Notes under the pieces: model-generated | What the model saw: the letters and a program-made list of their open reading frames with translations, nothing else | The model's database searches: none | Told to the model about the DNA's origin: nothing | Origin: Bigelowiella natans CCMP2755 | Lineage: Eukaryota; Protista; Cercozoa | DNA: 64,000 nt | Direction: 5' to 3' | Assembly: GCA_000320545.1 (NCBI GenBank) | Contig: ADNK01001626.1 | Location: 11,435 to 75,434, forward strand | Part shown: one piece after another, positions 1-12,699 of the stretch | Numbering within the stretch: position 1 is the first letter of the stretch | Layout: each line of letters begins with the position of its first letter | Translations under genes and position numbers: made by a program

Positions 1-993
1 AGGAGATGGGGCTCTGCACGCACGTCGTGTGGCTTTCGTAGCGTGATTGCCTCCTGAAACGGTTAAATAGAGGCATCCAATTCGTGGTGTTTCTGAGATC
101 GAATTCGTTCAGCCAAGGCTGCTCCTGTTGCTGTATATTGGCCCAAATGTTGGATGCGTCAAAAATCGAGTCTATTGATGTGAGAGGGAGCATTGCATGG
201 TCACGATAGATGTCATATCTGCAACCATTCGTTGGGTTGTACAGGAGAACCTGGGAAGAAGAAGAAAATGAAGAAGAAAAAGAAGATAAATAATTGAGTA
301 TGTTGATGTTCTCTAATCCTATGATTGAAGCTGTGTCATCATTTATCAGCTGCTTTCTCTCTGCAGTGATATTGCATATCACGTGGTAGATGAGGAAGGA
401 AACGATGGACGACATGTTGTTGAGGCTGTACTATCACCACCGTTATTATTATCATCACCATTATCATTGTTGTTACCCTGCGTTTGTGGCCTCCAGTGGA
501 TGCTGCCGTTGCTGCCGCTCCTACACTCGGCCCAATGCGAACTACCCAATATTCAGCCATTCTAGTCACGTTTCTCACTGAGCAAACAAACGAATGCCAG
601 CGATTTGGATCTAAGTCATCGTTATCAAATGATGGTGCTTGCGGTCCTCCTCCATCTTCATCGTTGTCCATTCTCGTCGTTCCCCTTCTCGTCATTGCTG
701 CCCTCGTAGAGTTTTCCCTATACTTGAAGTAGTTGCAAAGGAGAAGAGCGTGCTCCTCATCGTCCCCCCATCCCAGTGTTAGGAACTCGTCAGCTGTGCA
801 CCAATAATCAACAGCACGGTCTTTCCCAGCTTGCCAGTTGTCAGAGTAATATCTTGGAGAGGAAGAGAGGGGGGAAGGAGAGTGCAAAAAACAGTCGTCT
901 TATAAGAGTTAATCATTACATTTGTGGTATTATTAAATTTGCCTTTTTTGTCGTATCTTGGGTGTTTAGATAGTGTATCATAAAGATTGGCTG

Positions 994-1029
<36 letters not shown>

Positions 1030-1323
1030 TATCGTCGTCGTCGCTGTCTTCTGTCTTCGTATTCTCTTACGGAATCGAGGCGACAAATCTGATGAAGTGG
1101 TTGGGCTCCTCCAGGCCTCTAGGAGGAGGCAATGGTCGTATATACCGACAGCATAGAATCGGTTCTCCTTTAACATTGGACACCAAGCTGCATACGTGCC
1201 GACGTTTTTCTCTGCCCGCAGCCTTTCTTGCTCGTCGTATGAACAACCGACAGTAGCGGTGAAATTGAGACTCCTCCCACCATTCTTCGGGGGGATCGCT
1301 AGCTGTTTGCCCAGGATGGAATC

Positions 1324-1397
<74 letters not shown>

Positions 1398-2522
1398 GCA
1401 AACACAATCGAATACATAATGATCACGTGGTACATGCAATGCGAAGATCATCACCATCCTTTTCCGTGAAAACCTTCTTCTGGTAATCTTCATAAACACA
1501 CATACACGCACACACACACATACAAATACAGTCGCTGCATACCAGGAGGCAACGGTAATGGGGGATCTAACGTGACGTACACCCATAAACGCGTTGGAGC
1601 TCTAGGGTTTTTGACTCTGTAACCGAGAGATTGTAGTGGTACTGTCGCCGTTAGTGGTGCGTAGACAGGACGACATAAATATACAGCTGAGAATGGAAGC
1701 TCCAATGACCCAAGCCATTCTTCTTGCCAAATTTGTGTTACCTTTTATTGATATTGCGTGCCATGTGTTAGTGATGGATATTGTGATGATGATGATGATG
1801 ATGATGATGATAAAAGTTGTGGGTGGCCTTGCTCATGCATCTTGTGTGTAATATATTGTGTGAGTGTAGTGTCTCGAATCATTATAAATGGCAATAATAC
1901 GACCGAATGCTCATGTGATCCTCCTCCTTTTCTCAAGGGGGTATAACTGCTATTCCTCCTCTGTGCTGCGGTAGAGACGGTCTTCACTTTGCGATCGTAG
2001 ATGTTGAAATGAATAGAATCTGAAATCTTTAGCATCTCTACGGGTGAATATCCAAAGTCCTCGCTGTCTTTCTCTAGCGGCAACTCAAGCAATTCGTTCC
2101 ACGATGGATTCGCACCCGATAAAGTGGATGTACGGCGGCGTTTTCCCTTGAAGCTCACCTCGATCCAGACTGAGTTGGCTTTGTGGTCGTCGTCGTCATC
2201 GTGGCCAAGGCCTTTGACAGGGATGTTTTGACCTCGGATGATCTGCACCATGATGCGGCATGTACGAGGATTTGCAACGGGGTCAAGAACGTTTCGCACG
2301 GGTCGCAGCAGCCGACGTGCCTGGAACATCCAGGACAGAAATCGAGTGGACATAATCTCCATCCCCAAACTCAGTATCCATGGCATACGCTCACGGACAA
2401 CGTCACCAGCGTCTTCAATCTATGGTTGTGTGTTGGGCACGCGGAAGCAGGAACGAGGAGGGGGAGGAGACGAAGAAGAAGTCGGTTACATCATCAAGTA
2501 TAAACGATATTATCATTTCCCT

Positions 2523-2553
<31 letters not shown>

Positions 2554-3731
2554 CCATCACCATCAAAGTAGTAGTACTACTACTATCACTCACTTGCTTC
2601 TGTTTAGATTTGTTTGTTGTAGAATTTGCTGCTGCTGCCTGCGCTTTGGTTCTTGCCGCCTCAACAGGTTGAACAGCATACTGACACACTTCCTGAGGAA
2701 TGTCCTTGTCGTTTAAAGGTACGGAAATGCTGGAGGGTGCTTTGCCTAGAAACCTGCCTCGCAGAATCTGCTTACGCAGTGACTCTGGATCGGTTTCGTC
2801 CTAATGAAAATCACACTGATGATGATGACAATGATAATGATAATGATGATGATGATAACACGAACGCTCGATAACTTCATTTATCAAATATAAATACAAA
2901 TTAGAGCTGAAGAGACTGAGTGTGGGTGTGTAGGTGTCTCTCTGTGTGTAAGTGTGCGTGTGTAAGTAAATGGCAAGTTGGAGAAAGCATAAGGACGCAA
3001 TCAGATAGGAAGTTGTTCATTATATGTCTATATCAAGGCGGCAGCAGCATTATCATGAACCATCACTAACCCCAAAGCAAAGTTCAGCTGGGATGTCTTC
3101 GAGGATAAACTCCTGCTTGAAGATGTCACCACTAGCAGGTTTATGGTTCCTCATCCTTCTTCTCGCTCTTTCCTCGTGCACTCGTTGCCACATGGCTGGC
3201 TGCTTCCTGTAAAAACATATAGCCGACGGACGATAAGGAGGTGTTGTTATTGTTGTTGTTGTTGCACAACAGAAATCAATTTGTCGCATATACGTGATTG
3301 ATTCTCCTCCTCATCGTTGTTGGGTACTACTAACCTGGAGGATTGCCCCCCGGTCGAAGCATGAATCTTGGCTTCCATACCGATATGATCATTATATATA
3401 TCGTTGTTGTTGTTGTATTCGCCGTGGCCTCTTCTATCATCGTCATCATCGTTAGCAATCCATCTCATAGACGCAGCTAGTTTTCCGCCTACAAACCGCA
3501 TTCCTCCGCCACCTCCTAGTCCTCCTCCTCCTTGCTTCTTCGTTGTCGATAGGGAGCTGGAACCACCTGCGGCGGCAGCGGCTGCTGTTTTCGAGGGCGG
3601 GAACGAAGGTAAGGGACAACCAAATGCCAAACCGAAACGACCGCCTTTGAGATTACGAGAATCCTGAGAAAAAGAGAAATGATCAATGTTAGAAGAGGGG
3701 GAGAGGGAGGTGGACAGCGAACAATAACATA

Positions 3732-3764
<33 letters not shown>

Positions 3765-5558
3765 TGTGTGCCGTCCGTTCATGCAGGTGAACAAAAGATG
3801 CTGAATGCGTAATGCTAAAACATACATAAAGTACGTTAACTACAACTATTCTACCGGGTCTGGAAGAGGTAGCTTACACTCAGCCAGTTTGTAACCCGAA
3901 AACATCCCTTCTTGCATCACTTCGATACTGATATCCTTTGGCTGACCATGAAGTCGCAATTCTATTGCTTCGTTAAAGCAGGCGAAAAGTCGAGGCCAAC
4001 GCCTCTCGATATTTACCTTCGCCAAACAAGTTAACAGCAGCATCAGCATCATCAGTACTAATATTATTATCATTATCATCAACATCATAGGCTTATTCGT
4101 ACTCGCAGTTAGAACACACACAAATTGGCAGTATCATGATTACTGTGTGCGTAAAATCTACTACAGTGCGATTTGTTCCATCCTCGTTATTATTATTACT
4201 AGCTATTGTTCTTGTTAGTACCGGTGTTGTCCTCATGACAGTGCGGCCATTGACTTTGAGCACGAGGTAGACGCGAGTTTCCGCCTCTTGGCGCCGTCTC
4301 CTCCGCTCTGCTTCTGGGCAATCCATTATGGGGGTGAGGGGGAGAACTGCCGTTCTTACAATAGGAACGTAAGTAGGCCGTCCAGGCCGCTTACGACATC
4401 GACTCATTCGCCCCTCTACCATAGACCGAAAATTAGGCGGGGAGGGGGGAGATCCTGATTTCTTGTCAGCTTTCGCTGCATTCGTAGTGGACCTGGAATT
4501 ACTATTTGCCCCCAATGGCAACGACGAGGAGGACGAGTCGTGTTTAAGGGCGAAGAGCTCCTCGCGGTCTCGCACTTCTTGCTCAAGGTCTCTGACATAT
4601 TGTGCTTGCTCCTTGGCCTTGGGTACCTGAACCCTGCGCACACGTACTTGGATTGGGTTGCAAATCATCTGAGAAACCCTTTCTACTTCCACAGCTACTT
4701 GTTCCTGTGCAGCAGCTGCTATACTTGTTGCTGCTGCTTCTGCATTCATTTTCCGATTCTCCTCTTTCTTGGACTCCTTCGTCGTCCGCACAACTTTGTC
4801 CCCTCCATCATCATGGTCATTATCACCTTTTGGAGGAACAAGCGGGGGGGCACCTAAGCAAGATATCAAAGAGAATCAGCTGCTATTCTCTTCTCCTCGC
4901 TCTGACACTACTTTCTTTTCACTTTAGATTTTGTTGTAGTAACACTAATTTAAGCAAAATTGTGAGGAGAAGAAGAATCATATGTGATCATGGAAAAGCA
5001 ATTCTAGCTGCATTTGATGTCAGAAAATATTGTGGAAGTGAGAATAGCAGAAGCTGGTGTGATGATGGTAGGGATGTGATGATGAATAACGAAGTTGATG
5101 ACCAGGAGCTGCAGCAGCTGTTGCTTGAATGGAACCCCTAATAACGCCCTTATCGTCGTTTTCATGACTGTCAGAATTTGTCCTTATTATTCGCCTTTGA
5201 TTGGGGGGAAGACTATGCATCTTCGCAGCTTCTTCTCTCACGATACGTACACGTGCCCAAAGATCGTAGAGGCGTTTGAAAAGCTGCCTTAGCTCCTGTT
5301 CCTCTTTGTCTCGCATCTCTCGGTCTGTGATACTTTGCTCCAGCACGGCTATAAGTTTGGCCCGGAAATACCGCTCTTTGCCGTGATCGCCCTTGATCTG
5401 TGCTGATCTAAACTCCGTTCGGTAGCGAAGTGCAGCATCAGTAAGAGCTCGTATGCGGTCCGCGTGGAAGCGAACTAAGTCGATAGCGACTCGTGTGTTG
5501 TATTCCTGGTACAGCTCGTCTGTACGGATCGCGAGAACATCTTCCTCTCCATACCTTG

Positions 5559-5596
<38 letters not shown>

Positions 5597-5661
5597 CACA
5601 CGCCACGCAACATACGTATCACAACAAACACACGTACACACACACACACACATAAATATAA

Positions 5662-5709
<48 letters not shown>

Positions 5710-5745
5710 AATCTATTGTGTGTGTGTGTGTGTTATGTGTGGAGT

Positions 5746-5792
<47 letters not shown>

Positions 5793-7342
5793 AATCCATC
5801 TTCAGGCATCGTATGTTATTTTTTGTAATTTTGGATCTCACGAAGACGTACACGGGATGATCGTCAAATTGCACATTCGCCAAGTTGATGTTGAGGCGGA
5901 GCATTCTAGCCGCTCGCACCAGAGGAACTGGCCGCCGTCTGACGAGTGCCACCTCAGTCATCGCCTGGTGGTTGTGACTACGACGACGAGGCCGTTTGTA
6001 GTGATGGTGATGATGCCGAATTTCGTTAGCTTCTAAATATTCCGTGGCGTTTACAGGAAGGATGCGCGATTGGCCGTCAGAGATGGGATAGATTGGCTCC
6101 TTAAGCAGAGTACGTGCTGATGAAACTGAATGTTTATCGTCATAATTTATCAGTGTGTGATAATCGCGTTCCCAGAGACACCGTTGGACCCTTGCAACGC
6201 GATTCCGTAAATTGGCCAAAGATACCGGGGGCACAAAAAGCCCGTCGCGCTCCATCATTTGACGATCTATTTTGGTACCCAATGCTATAATTTGAGCCTC
6301 GTCTTTACAGTCCTTAATTGCTGTTTTTAAGTCTACATTTCCACTACTATCAGACTCACTCAATTTCGCGGTCAACTGCTCCTTGGACTCAGCCGTGAGC
6401 TTGGATTTCTCTTCCTTCGATTGCGTGTTTCTTCCCCCTCCCTGCTTTCCTAGTTTACCGCCGATCCCCTTTTCCAAATCTACGTCTTTTTTCTCACCAA
6501 GCTTCCTGGCCTCCTTTCTGTCGTTGCCATCGTCGCTATCTGTGGCAATTACCCCTTTCCTTTGCTTGTTGTGTGAAAAATTGGGATAAATCGGAAGATT
6601 TATCACAGGGGCAAATAAGCGATCTTCCGAAGCTATTTGTTCATCAAAGGCGACTCGTTTAGGAGGTTCGACCACTAGGTAGTCTCCATATGCTAGCAAA
6701 CGATCAAGCTTATTGGTTCTAATTGTCTCTTCGTTCTTGCCGTGGTACTCTTCGTTCTTCTTGTCTTCCATACTACGATCATCATTGATGTCCACACTCT
6801 GCCTGCTGTCAGCTCTAGGTGGTATTTGGATGAAAGGCTTCTGTCTTGGTCTCGGACTCCTTCGTGGGCTTTCGGGATTATTCCATTTACTATCCTGAGT
6901 ATTGATGAATAACGGATGGTTATCAATCGTAGCGTAGTAATTTACTTGAGATCTGTAAAACTTATATGTTCGCAAAAAGGGATTGGCATGGTGTCATTAT
7001 TCACCTCCAGGTTCTGTTTGGAGTTGGGTGGCTTCTTCACGAAGATAGAACCCTCTGGCCTCCATGGGTTTACTTTTAGGTTTAGATGGTCTATTCGTGC
7101 CTGTAGACTTGCTAGGGCTTCACTCCAGGGACCACTGGATAAAGATTTAGGACAACCGAGGTTCCCATTTTTCTTCTCACCAGTTCCGCTTTCATCTCCC
7201 TCCCTAAGAGCGATGAACAAAAATATCAATGTGAATTGTTGTACAGTCCTAAAGTAGTATATTTCATCAAAGCTAGTGTGAATGAAGAGTTAACTGACTT
7301 TAGCTGTCTCCAACTCCACTTAGACCCTGTGATTCTTTGCAT
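1..7342 (-). CDS. CC2D2A: Coiled-coil and C2 domain protein 2A (ciliary transition-zone MKS6/CC2D2A), multi-exon, 3' end runs off the window
   Basis: Exons encode an N-terminal C2-like segment (FNEAIELRLHGQPKDISIEV, 3846-4010), a C2 domain (IMVQIIRGQNIP...SVWIEVSFKGKRRRTSTLSGANPSWNELLELPL, 2060-2260) and the CC2D2A/CEP76 transglutaminase-like motif DYWCTADEFLTLGWGDDEEHALLLCNYF (720-810). The start at 7342 (MQRITG) is tentative. Confidence 0.85.
1326..1396. repeat. Compound (CA)n(GA)n microsatellite at an intron 3' end of CC2D2A
   Basis: Directly visible. On the sense (-) strand it reads (UC)n(UG)n up to the CAG acceptor. Confidence 0.95.
5560..5788. repeat. Intronic microsatellite cluster (GAT)n, (CA)n, (TA)n, (TG)n, (GA)n
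   Basis: Directly visible tandem repeats within one CC2D2A intron. Confidence 0.95.
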
Positions 7343-8100
7343 CACGATCTCTGAATTTGTTTCAGGCCTTAAACTCTCCTCTCCCACCTTCCAAGTGCCT
7401 TATCAAGTATCGAGAAACGTATCTCCCGCAATTGTTTAGGATCCCACATCTATATAAAAATATAAAGAATGAGAAAAGAGTCAGCGTGGGAGTTAAGGTG
7501 AAGCACAAAGTTCTGACGAGAGAGGGGGGGAGGCATCTGTGAATCGGTTTTACGACTTTCCGCCATATCTGAGAAAGATTCGTAGGATGTTTTCGGTATA
7601 TATTCCTTCGTAAGCATATGTCAACCTGAAACTTCGCCAAACGCGGGAAGATGTATGTTTCAAAAAATATGAATTTCGAATGGATTTTCCCCTGCAAACA
7701 TCTAGACATAATATAGTGTAACAGATCTCTTCCTTTCCTCGCTGTGTTAGGAGTGAGAAAGTGGACGTTACAACTACTCGTGCTCAAACAAAGGAAACGA
7801 CATCTAAATGATGGGTTCTGAAACATGAGACATAGAATTGGCTCTGTCGTGAATGTGAAATGGAGACATGATTGTTGGTCAGGCCATTTGAGGCGTTGCT
7901 TCGTTCACTCATTCATTCATGTCATCACGCCAATGTTGTGCAGCGCGTGAACGTGCAAGGTCAAAGCACTTGCGCACAAGCATGCAAGGCTGCACAAACG
8001 ATGAAAGCCTGCACGTGCAACCCCTCTGCCCCAATCAAAGCTAGAAAGGTGAACAGGGATCAGTCAGTTGTTTCAGTGACCATTCGAAAACGCACGTTTC

Positions 8101-8191
8101 AAATTGTTTGCAAACAATTTCCACAGGAAGGTGTTTCATGGTTTGCAAACAATTTCCACAGGAAAACGTTTGCTGACATGTTTGCAAACAT
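8101..8191. repeat. Palindromic direct repeats with core GTTTGCAAAC
   Basis: Perfect 20-bp palindrome AAATTGTTTGCAAACAATTT (8101-8120); 24-nt direct repeat GTTTGCAAACAATTTCCACAGGAA at 8106 and 8141; 14-bp palindrome ATGTTTGCAAACAT at 8178. Confidence 0.9.
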
Positions 8192-8339
8192 TTTTCTGAG
8201 TTCGAAGATTGTTTGAACGAATCGAACATCAGTTTCGCGACACCTGGCTGCTGGGCATTGCCAGATTGTTTGTTCAAACCGAACACTTGTTCAGAAAAAA
8301 CAAAAGTGTTTCCATGTCCAAACCAAAAAAAATGTTTGT

Positions 8340-8640
8340 GCCCAGCTCTGCTGTGAATGACAGCAAACAAAGACACCATTGAAAGTGATGCGAAAAGAGT
8401 CAGATACAGAAATGCACCAGTTGCCAATCCACACTCATCACAGCAGCAAAAACAAACATCTCAAACATGAGAACTCATCCAATGAACGTTGCCAATGCCA
8501 GTGCTGTGGTTTGGAGGTTTTGGAACTGCACCAAAGGAAGATTCAAAGGCAAACACACCACCAACACCAAGATCACCAGGTGGAGCACATGAGCGCCAGT
8601 TGTTCCTCCAACGAACAGACAACAACAGGCAGCACAAGAA
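8340..8640 (-). pseudogene. Decayed multi-pass membrane protein fragment inside the TpA-free island
   Basis: Minus frame reads CCCLFVGGTTGAHVLHLVILVLVVCLPLNLPLVQFQNLQTTALALATFIG*VLMFEMFVFAAVMSVDWQLVHFCI*LFSHHFQW: hydrophobic helices, two in-frame TGA, no Tyr. Confidence 0.4.
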
Positions 8641-9147
8641 GTAAAACTGTGCGCATTTTCGTAATTTTTGCTGCTGATTGTGGACAAGAAATGAAATGTG
8701 GGGCATGCTACTGACACTGCGGATCAAATTCACAGCACATCGAACACGTGTACGTAGACACATGTGAAACAATGCTAGAATGGCATGATGACCCACAATG
8801 ACGGGAGCCAACGATCAGATGCAACAGGTCACAGGTGTTGTTCATATGACGGTGTGAACGTACATGACTGCTGAAATTATCACACACTGTGTGTTCCTTT
8901 ATTTGGCGTAGCTAAATGTATAACATGCGCGCAAGCAATTCAGTAAAGATAACGGTCAATGCATATTCCGATGAAGAGTTTGAAATTGTCGAGTTGTGAT
9001 AGGTGCATCTCTGAATTCGACATTCACCTCATCGAGGGTGGTAGACCTTCCCCCAGAAACATGACGCAATTCATTTCATGATCCTCAGTTTTCATCGCCT
9101 TTTTGCGGGATCCATATTTTCCATTCTCACAGAGATACTCGCTCCCT

Positions 9148-12031
9148 CTACATTTCCGCATCACCACCACCAATATCGGCAAATTCATCCTCGATTTTCT
9201 CGGGGGGGTTGAAGAATGGTTCCAAATCGTAGACGTACGTACAAGTTGCGTTGTAGGTAGTGTCGATTACAGGTTGGACGTAATCCTGCCAGTATCCCCG
9301 ACTATGGAGGAAGTTGAAGATGAAAACGCAGAGGAGGGCAAACACAAATGCGTTTAAGACCATCTCTCCAAAAGAAGTATAGTAGCAATAGTACCATTGG
9401 GGAGGATACTCTTCCTCCCATTTTTTCATCTCTAGCTCCTCCTCTTTCTCTAGATCCTCTTTCTCCTTTTCGTAATCGGCATCTGTCTTGCGATTCTTAT
9501 CTACCTCAACGCTTATTTGAAAGTCGTAGAAAAAGTCGCACCCGACGTATGAGTCACAGAACGCTTGGATCTCGTACTTGTATTCTCCTTCCTTTTCGGG
9601 AGCTTTGAAACGTAGGCTGGTTTCAACCATATCGTCTAAATCCACGCTTTGTACATCCATGACAAGCTTGTTATTAGGCGTTTTTGCAGACACCAAGAGG
9701 ATATACCACTTTTCATACTTCTGGCCAGGGTAGAAGGGTGCAAGAGCTTGTCGTTTTTTCTTCTTTTCCTTTTTGTTTGACTTCTGTTCCTCAACAATAG
9801 CCCACTCATCGATGAGTTCGTCTTCATAATCTGACTCGTCCTCAATTTCCCCTTCAGCTTTTCCTTCATTGTCCTTGGCACCGCCATTCTTCTCCTTGTC
9901 AGCTTCTGGTTTGTTTTTCTCCTCTTTTCCGAGTTTTCCCTCGTCTTTGTTCTCCTCGTACTCACCCCGGCGAAATAATCTGATATCGACGGTGACGAAG
10001 TCGTTCGTGTAGATTTGTTTCTCTCCCTCTACACCGTACTTCCAGTTCATTTCCACTTGCGGGATCTGGGAGGCGGCCTTCTCGATATCCTTAATATGAT
10101 CCTCCTCGAATTTCTTAGTAACGGTCGAAAACAAGAAAAAAGTAAGGGCGGGGCAACACACGTCCTCTTTCAATACACTATGACAAAATCACTTCTTCCT
10201 CATTTCATATAATTGTATAAACGCACATGAGCACCGCTACTACTTCTGCGCTATCACTAATACTAGTACATTGAAGAGCTTCTTCTTCTTCTTCTCCTCC
10301 GTCAGATTGAAGTATGAATCCCAGGTGCTGATCCTGTTTTTACCCCCCTTTCGAATAGCCTCAGCACACTCGTGAGGCAGCTGTTTAAATACAGACTCGT
10401 GTGCCCACATAGCCTGCACCAAGAGCTGATTGAACTTGATCACCGATAAACACGGCATAGCAAAGGCTGTTTTCCCATATCTCCACGTTGTCCCCAGCAT
10501 CGCAGGAATCAATGTATCGATTTTCTTCAACATCACATCCAGCTCTTTCCTAAATTCCTCCGGAATCTTCACCCTGGATTGGGAAGATAGATGATAGTAA
10601 GATGCGATTTCCTACAGATTCAATACTTTCAATGCGTTCAAAATGAATCCCTTTTGTTCACCCATTACCTGCGCATGTGTGCTTGCAACAGGAGGCTTCC
10701 AAATTCGATACGGGGATGATTTAGGAGGTGTTGTCCTTTTCCGGGAAACTCTACTTTCTTGCCAAATTCCTCAACCTCTTTCTTCAATGAATCTCTCAAT
10801 TTAGCTTTGCTAGGAACGAGTAGCTTATCCAGCATTGGTTCAAACTACGAAGAGAAAAGGATAGTTCGTGTTATTAATGCTCCAATGTTAATAAAACTGA
10901 CAGTATGATGCATAAGTTCTACCTCTGCCGAGCTCGCATACAAGGATGTAAACTTGTTCACCATGTTAATTGACCAGTTTTTGTCGATCATATGGTAGTA
11001 GAACTGTATCGACTTGTGCATGATGCCCTCAGGACCCTTTTCCTTCGCGTTCTTCCACCACATGAACACGAGGATGGGTGGCACGATGATGATAATTATG
11101 AAGTAAACAAAAAGCACTTGGAACTCATTGTTTTTGTCAGTTAGAAACGAGGGTAAGCCAATTGTCACTGAGGTGCCTTGGTAACCGTCTGGGTTGCCAT
11201 ACTCCTCCCAGTTCTTCTTTGTCTGTGGATCGGTCAGAGTTTGGTATGCTTTTGAAACGAGGATAAACTGTTTCGCGGCCACTTCGTCACCAGGATTCTT
11301 GTCGGGGTGGTACTTGAGACTCAGCTTACGATATGCTTTCTTAATATCTCGATCGCTTACTCCCACATCCACTTCCAGAATCTCAAATGGATTGAAGGTT
11401 TGGAAACTCTCGCCCTTAGATGATATTGGGACATACACACACACACACACACACGCACGCATACACAAATATATACACAAAACGGAAGTTAATACTCGAG
11501 GTAAAACCATTCTACCAACCTCATCCTGAGCGGCAATCGACACACTATCACACCACCCACACTTGTCATTTTCAAGAATAGAAAAAAAAATGTACCGATC
11601 CTGGAAGCTTGATGACAATGAGTAGAATAATTGCCCATAGAAGAAAGAATACTATATTAGAGCACCGGAACAATTTTGGCTTCGAATCATCTTCATCGAC
11701 TGACTTTCTTTGCTCCTGTGTTATGGGGTATGTTAATTGTATGTTAATTGTTGCTAGGATGTATCCTGCATTTGTTTACCTGGTAATATCCTCCAACTTC
11801 ATCCACTTTTTTAACAACCTCTTCGTCATCGTCTTGGCAAATTCCGAATGTGTCACAGAGCTTCGACATGGTCCATGGTGTCAGAACCATTGCTATGACC
11901 GTGAGGAGGAAGTAATAAAAAGCAGCCTGAAGATTTAGATTAATTATGAGCGAAAATATACACCTGCAACGAATGCTAATGTAAAACTTCGATGACATCC
12001 AACTTACATCATCGAAAACTTCGAATGCCAT
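9148..12031 (-). CDS. SEC63: Translocon component Sec63 (J-domain plus Sec63/Brl domain), multi-exon
   Basis: N-terminus MAFEVFDD|AAFYYFLLTV (TM1); J-domain FNPFEILEV...IKKAYRKLSLKYHPDKNPGD...WEEYGNPDG followed by TIGLPSFL and TM3; Brl Ig-like C-terminus APFYPGQKYEKWYILL...FKAPEKEGEYKYEIQAFCDSYVGCD; stop TAG at 9148. Confidence 0.93.
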
Positions 12032-12699
12032 CCTGCCAGGCCCTCCTTAACACTAATTAAAGCAAAATCCTTTTCAATGAATAGTCGGAACAATTTCACC
12101 AAATCCTTCAAAAAATGTGTTTAGTTCATAGATCGCAGTGCGAATAATTGTTGTTTTTTTTTTTAAGGTGATCAAACACAAGATTATTCCTTGACTACTA
12201 TGTTTCAATTGAACAACCTGGGTCGAGTCGACGGCCGAAGAGGGGTGGGGGTCCGCAGGGTAGGTTGCAGATAGGATAAAATTCAGATTTAGGGAATATT
12301 TCCAATAGAACCACTAAATGCTGATTATGTGAGGAAACATTGAATTTGGCATGTCTCTAGAAGAAACTTAACAGCTTTCTCGTGCGAAAGAGAATCTTCT
12401 TGGTGAATGTGTGAACTTGGAAGTCCACAATGCGGTACATGCCATCTGCAGTACCGGTTTGACGGGCTATTTACAAATACACCTGATATGGCCTACAAAA
12501 TATATGAAATTCTTCTACATTTGTGCTTTTCTGCGATGCCGACAGCTGACAGCTGACGCACGCACTTGTGAAGTCGTCATTTTTATTTGGAGCTGGAGTA
12601 AAATTCGAACAAAAACAATTGAAATTTTCAAATACCCTATCGACACACAACAATAATTACAATATATATTTTTCCTCCTCAAATCAAATCGAAAAAGTA

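Larger units (their letters stand above)
7835..8641. other. TpA-depleted intergenic island (probably a mutated repeat or gene relic)
   Basis: Only 2 TpA (8042, 8405) in 807 nt by hand count. Rich in CA/TG. Contains palindromic repeats and a decayed hydrophobic reading frame. Confidence 0.85.

Noticed and set aside
8101-8191. CRISPR-like palindromic repeats
   Set aside because: Only 2-3 units, spacers of about 11 nt, no cas genes, eukaryotic context.
7872-8811. Five overlapping ORFs on both strands as real genes
   Set aside because: Explained by loss of TAA/TAG in TpA-free DNA; composition is abnormal (His/Cys/Gln-rich).
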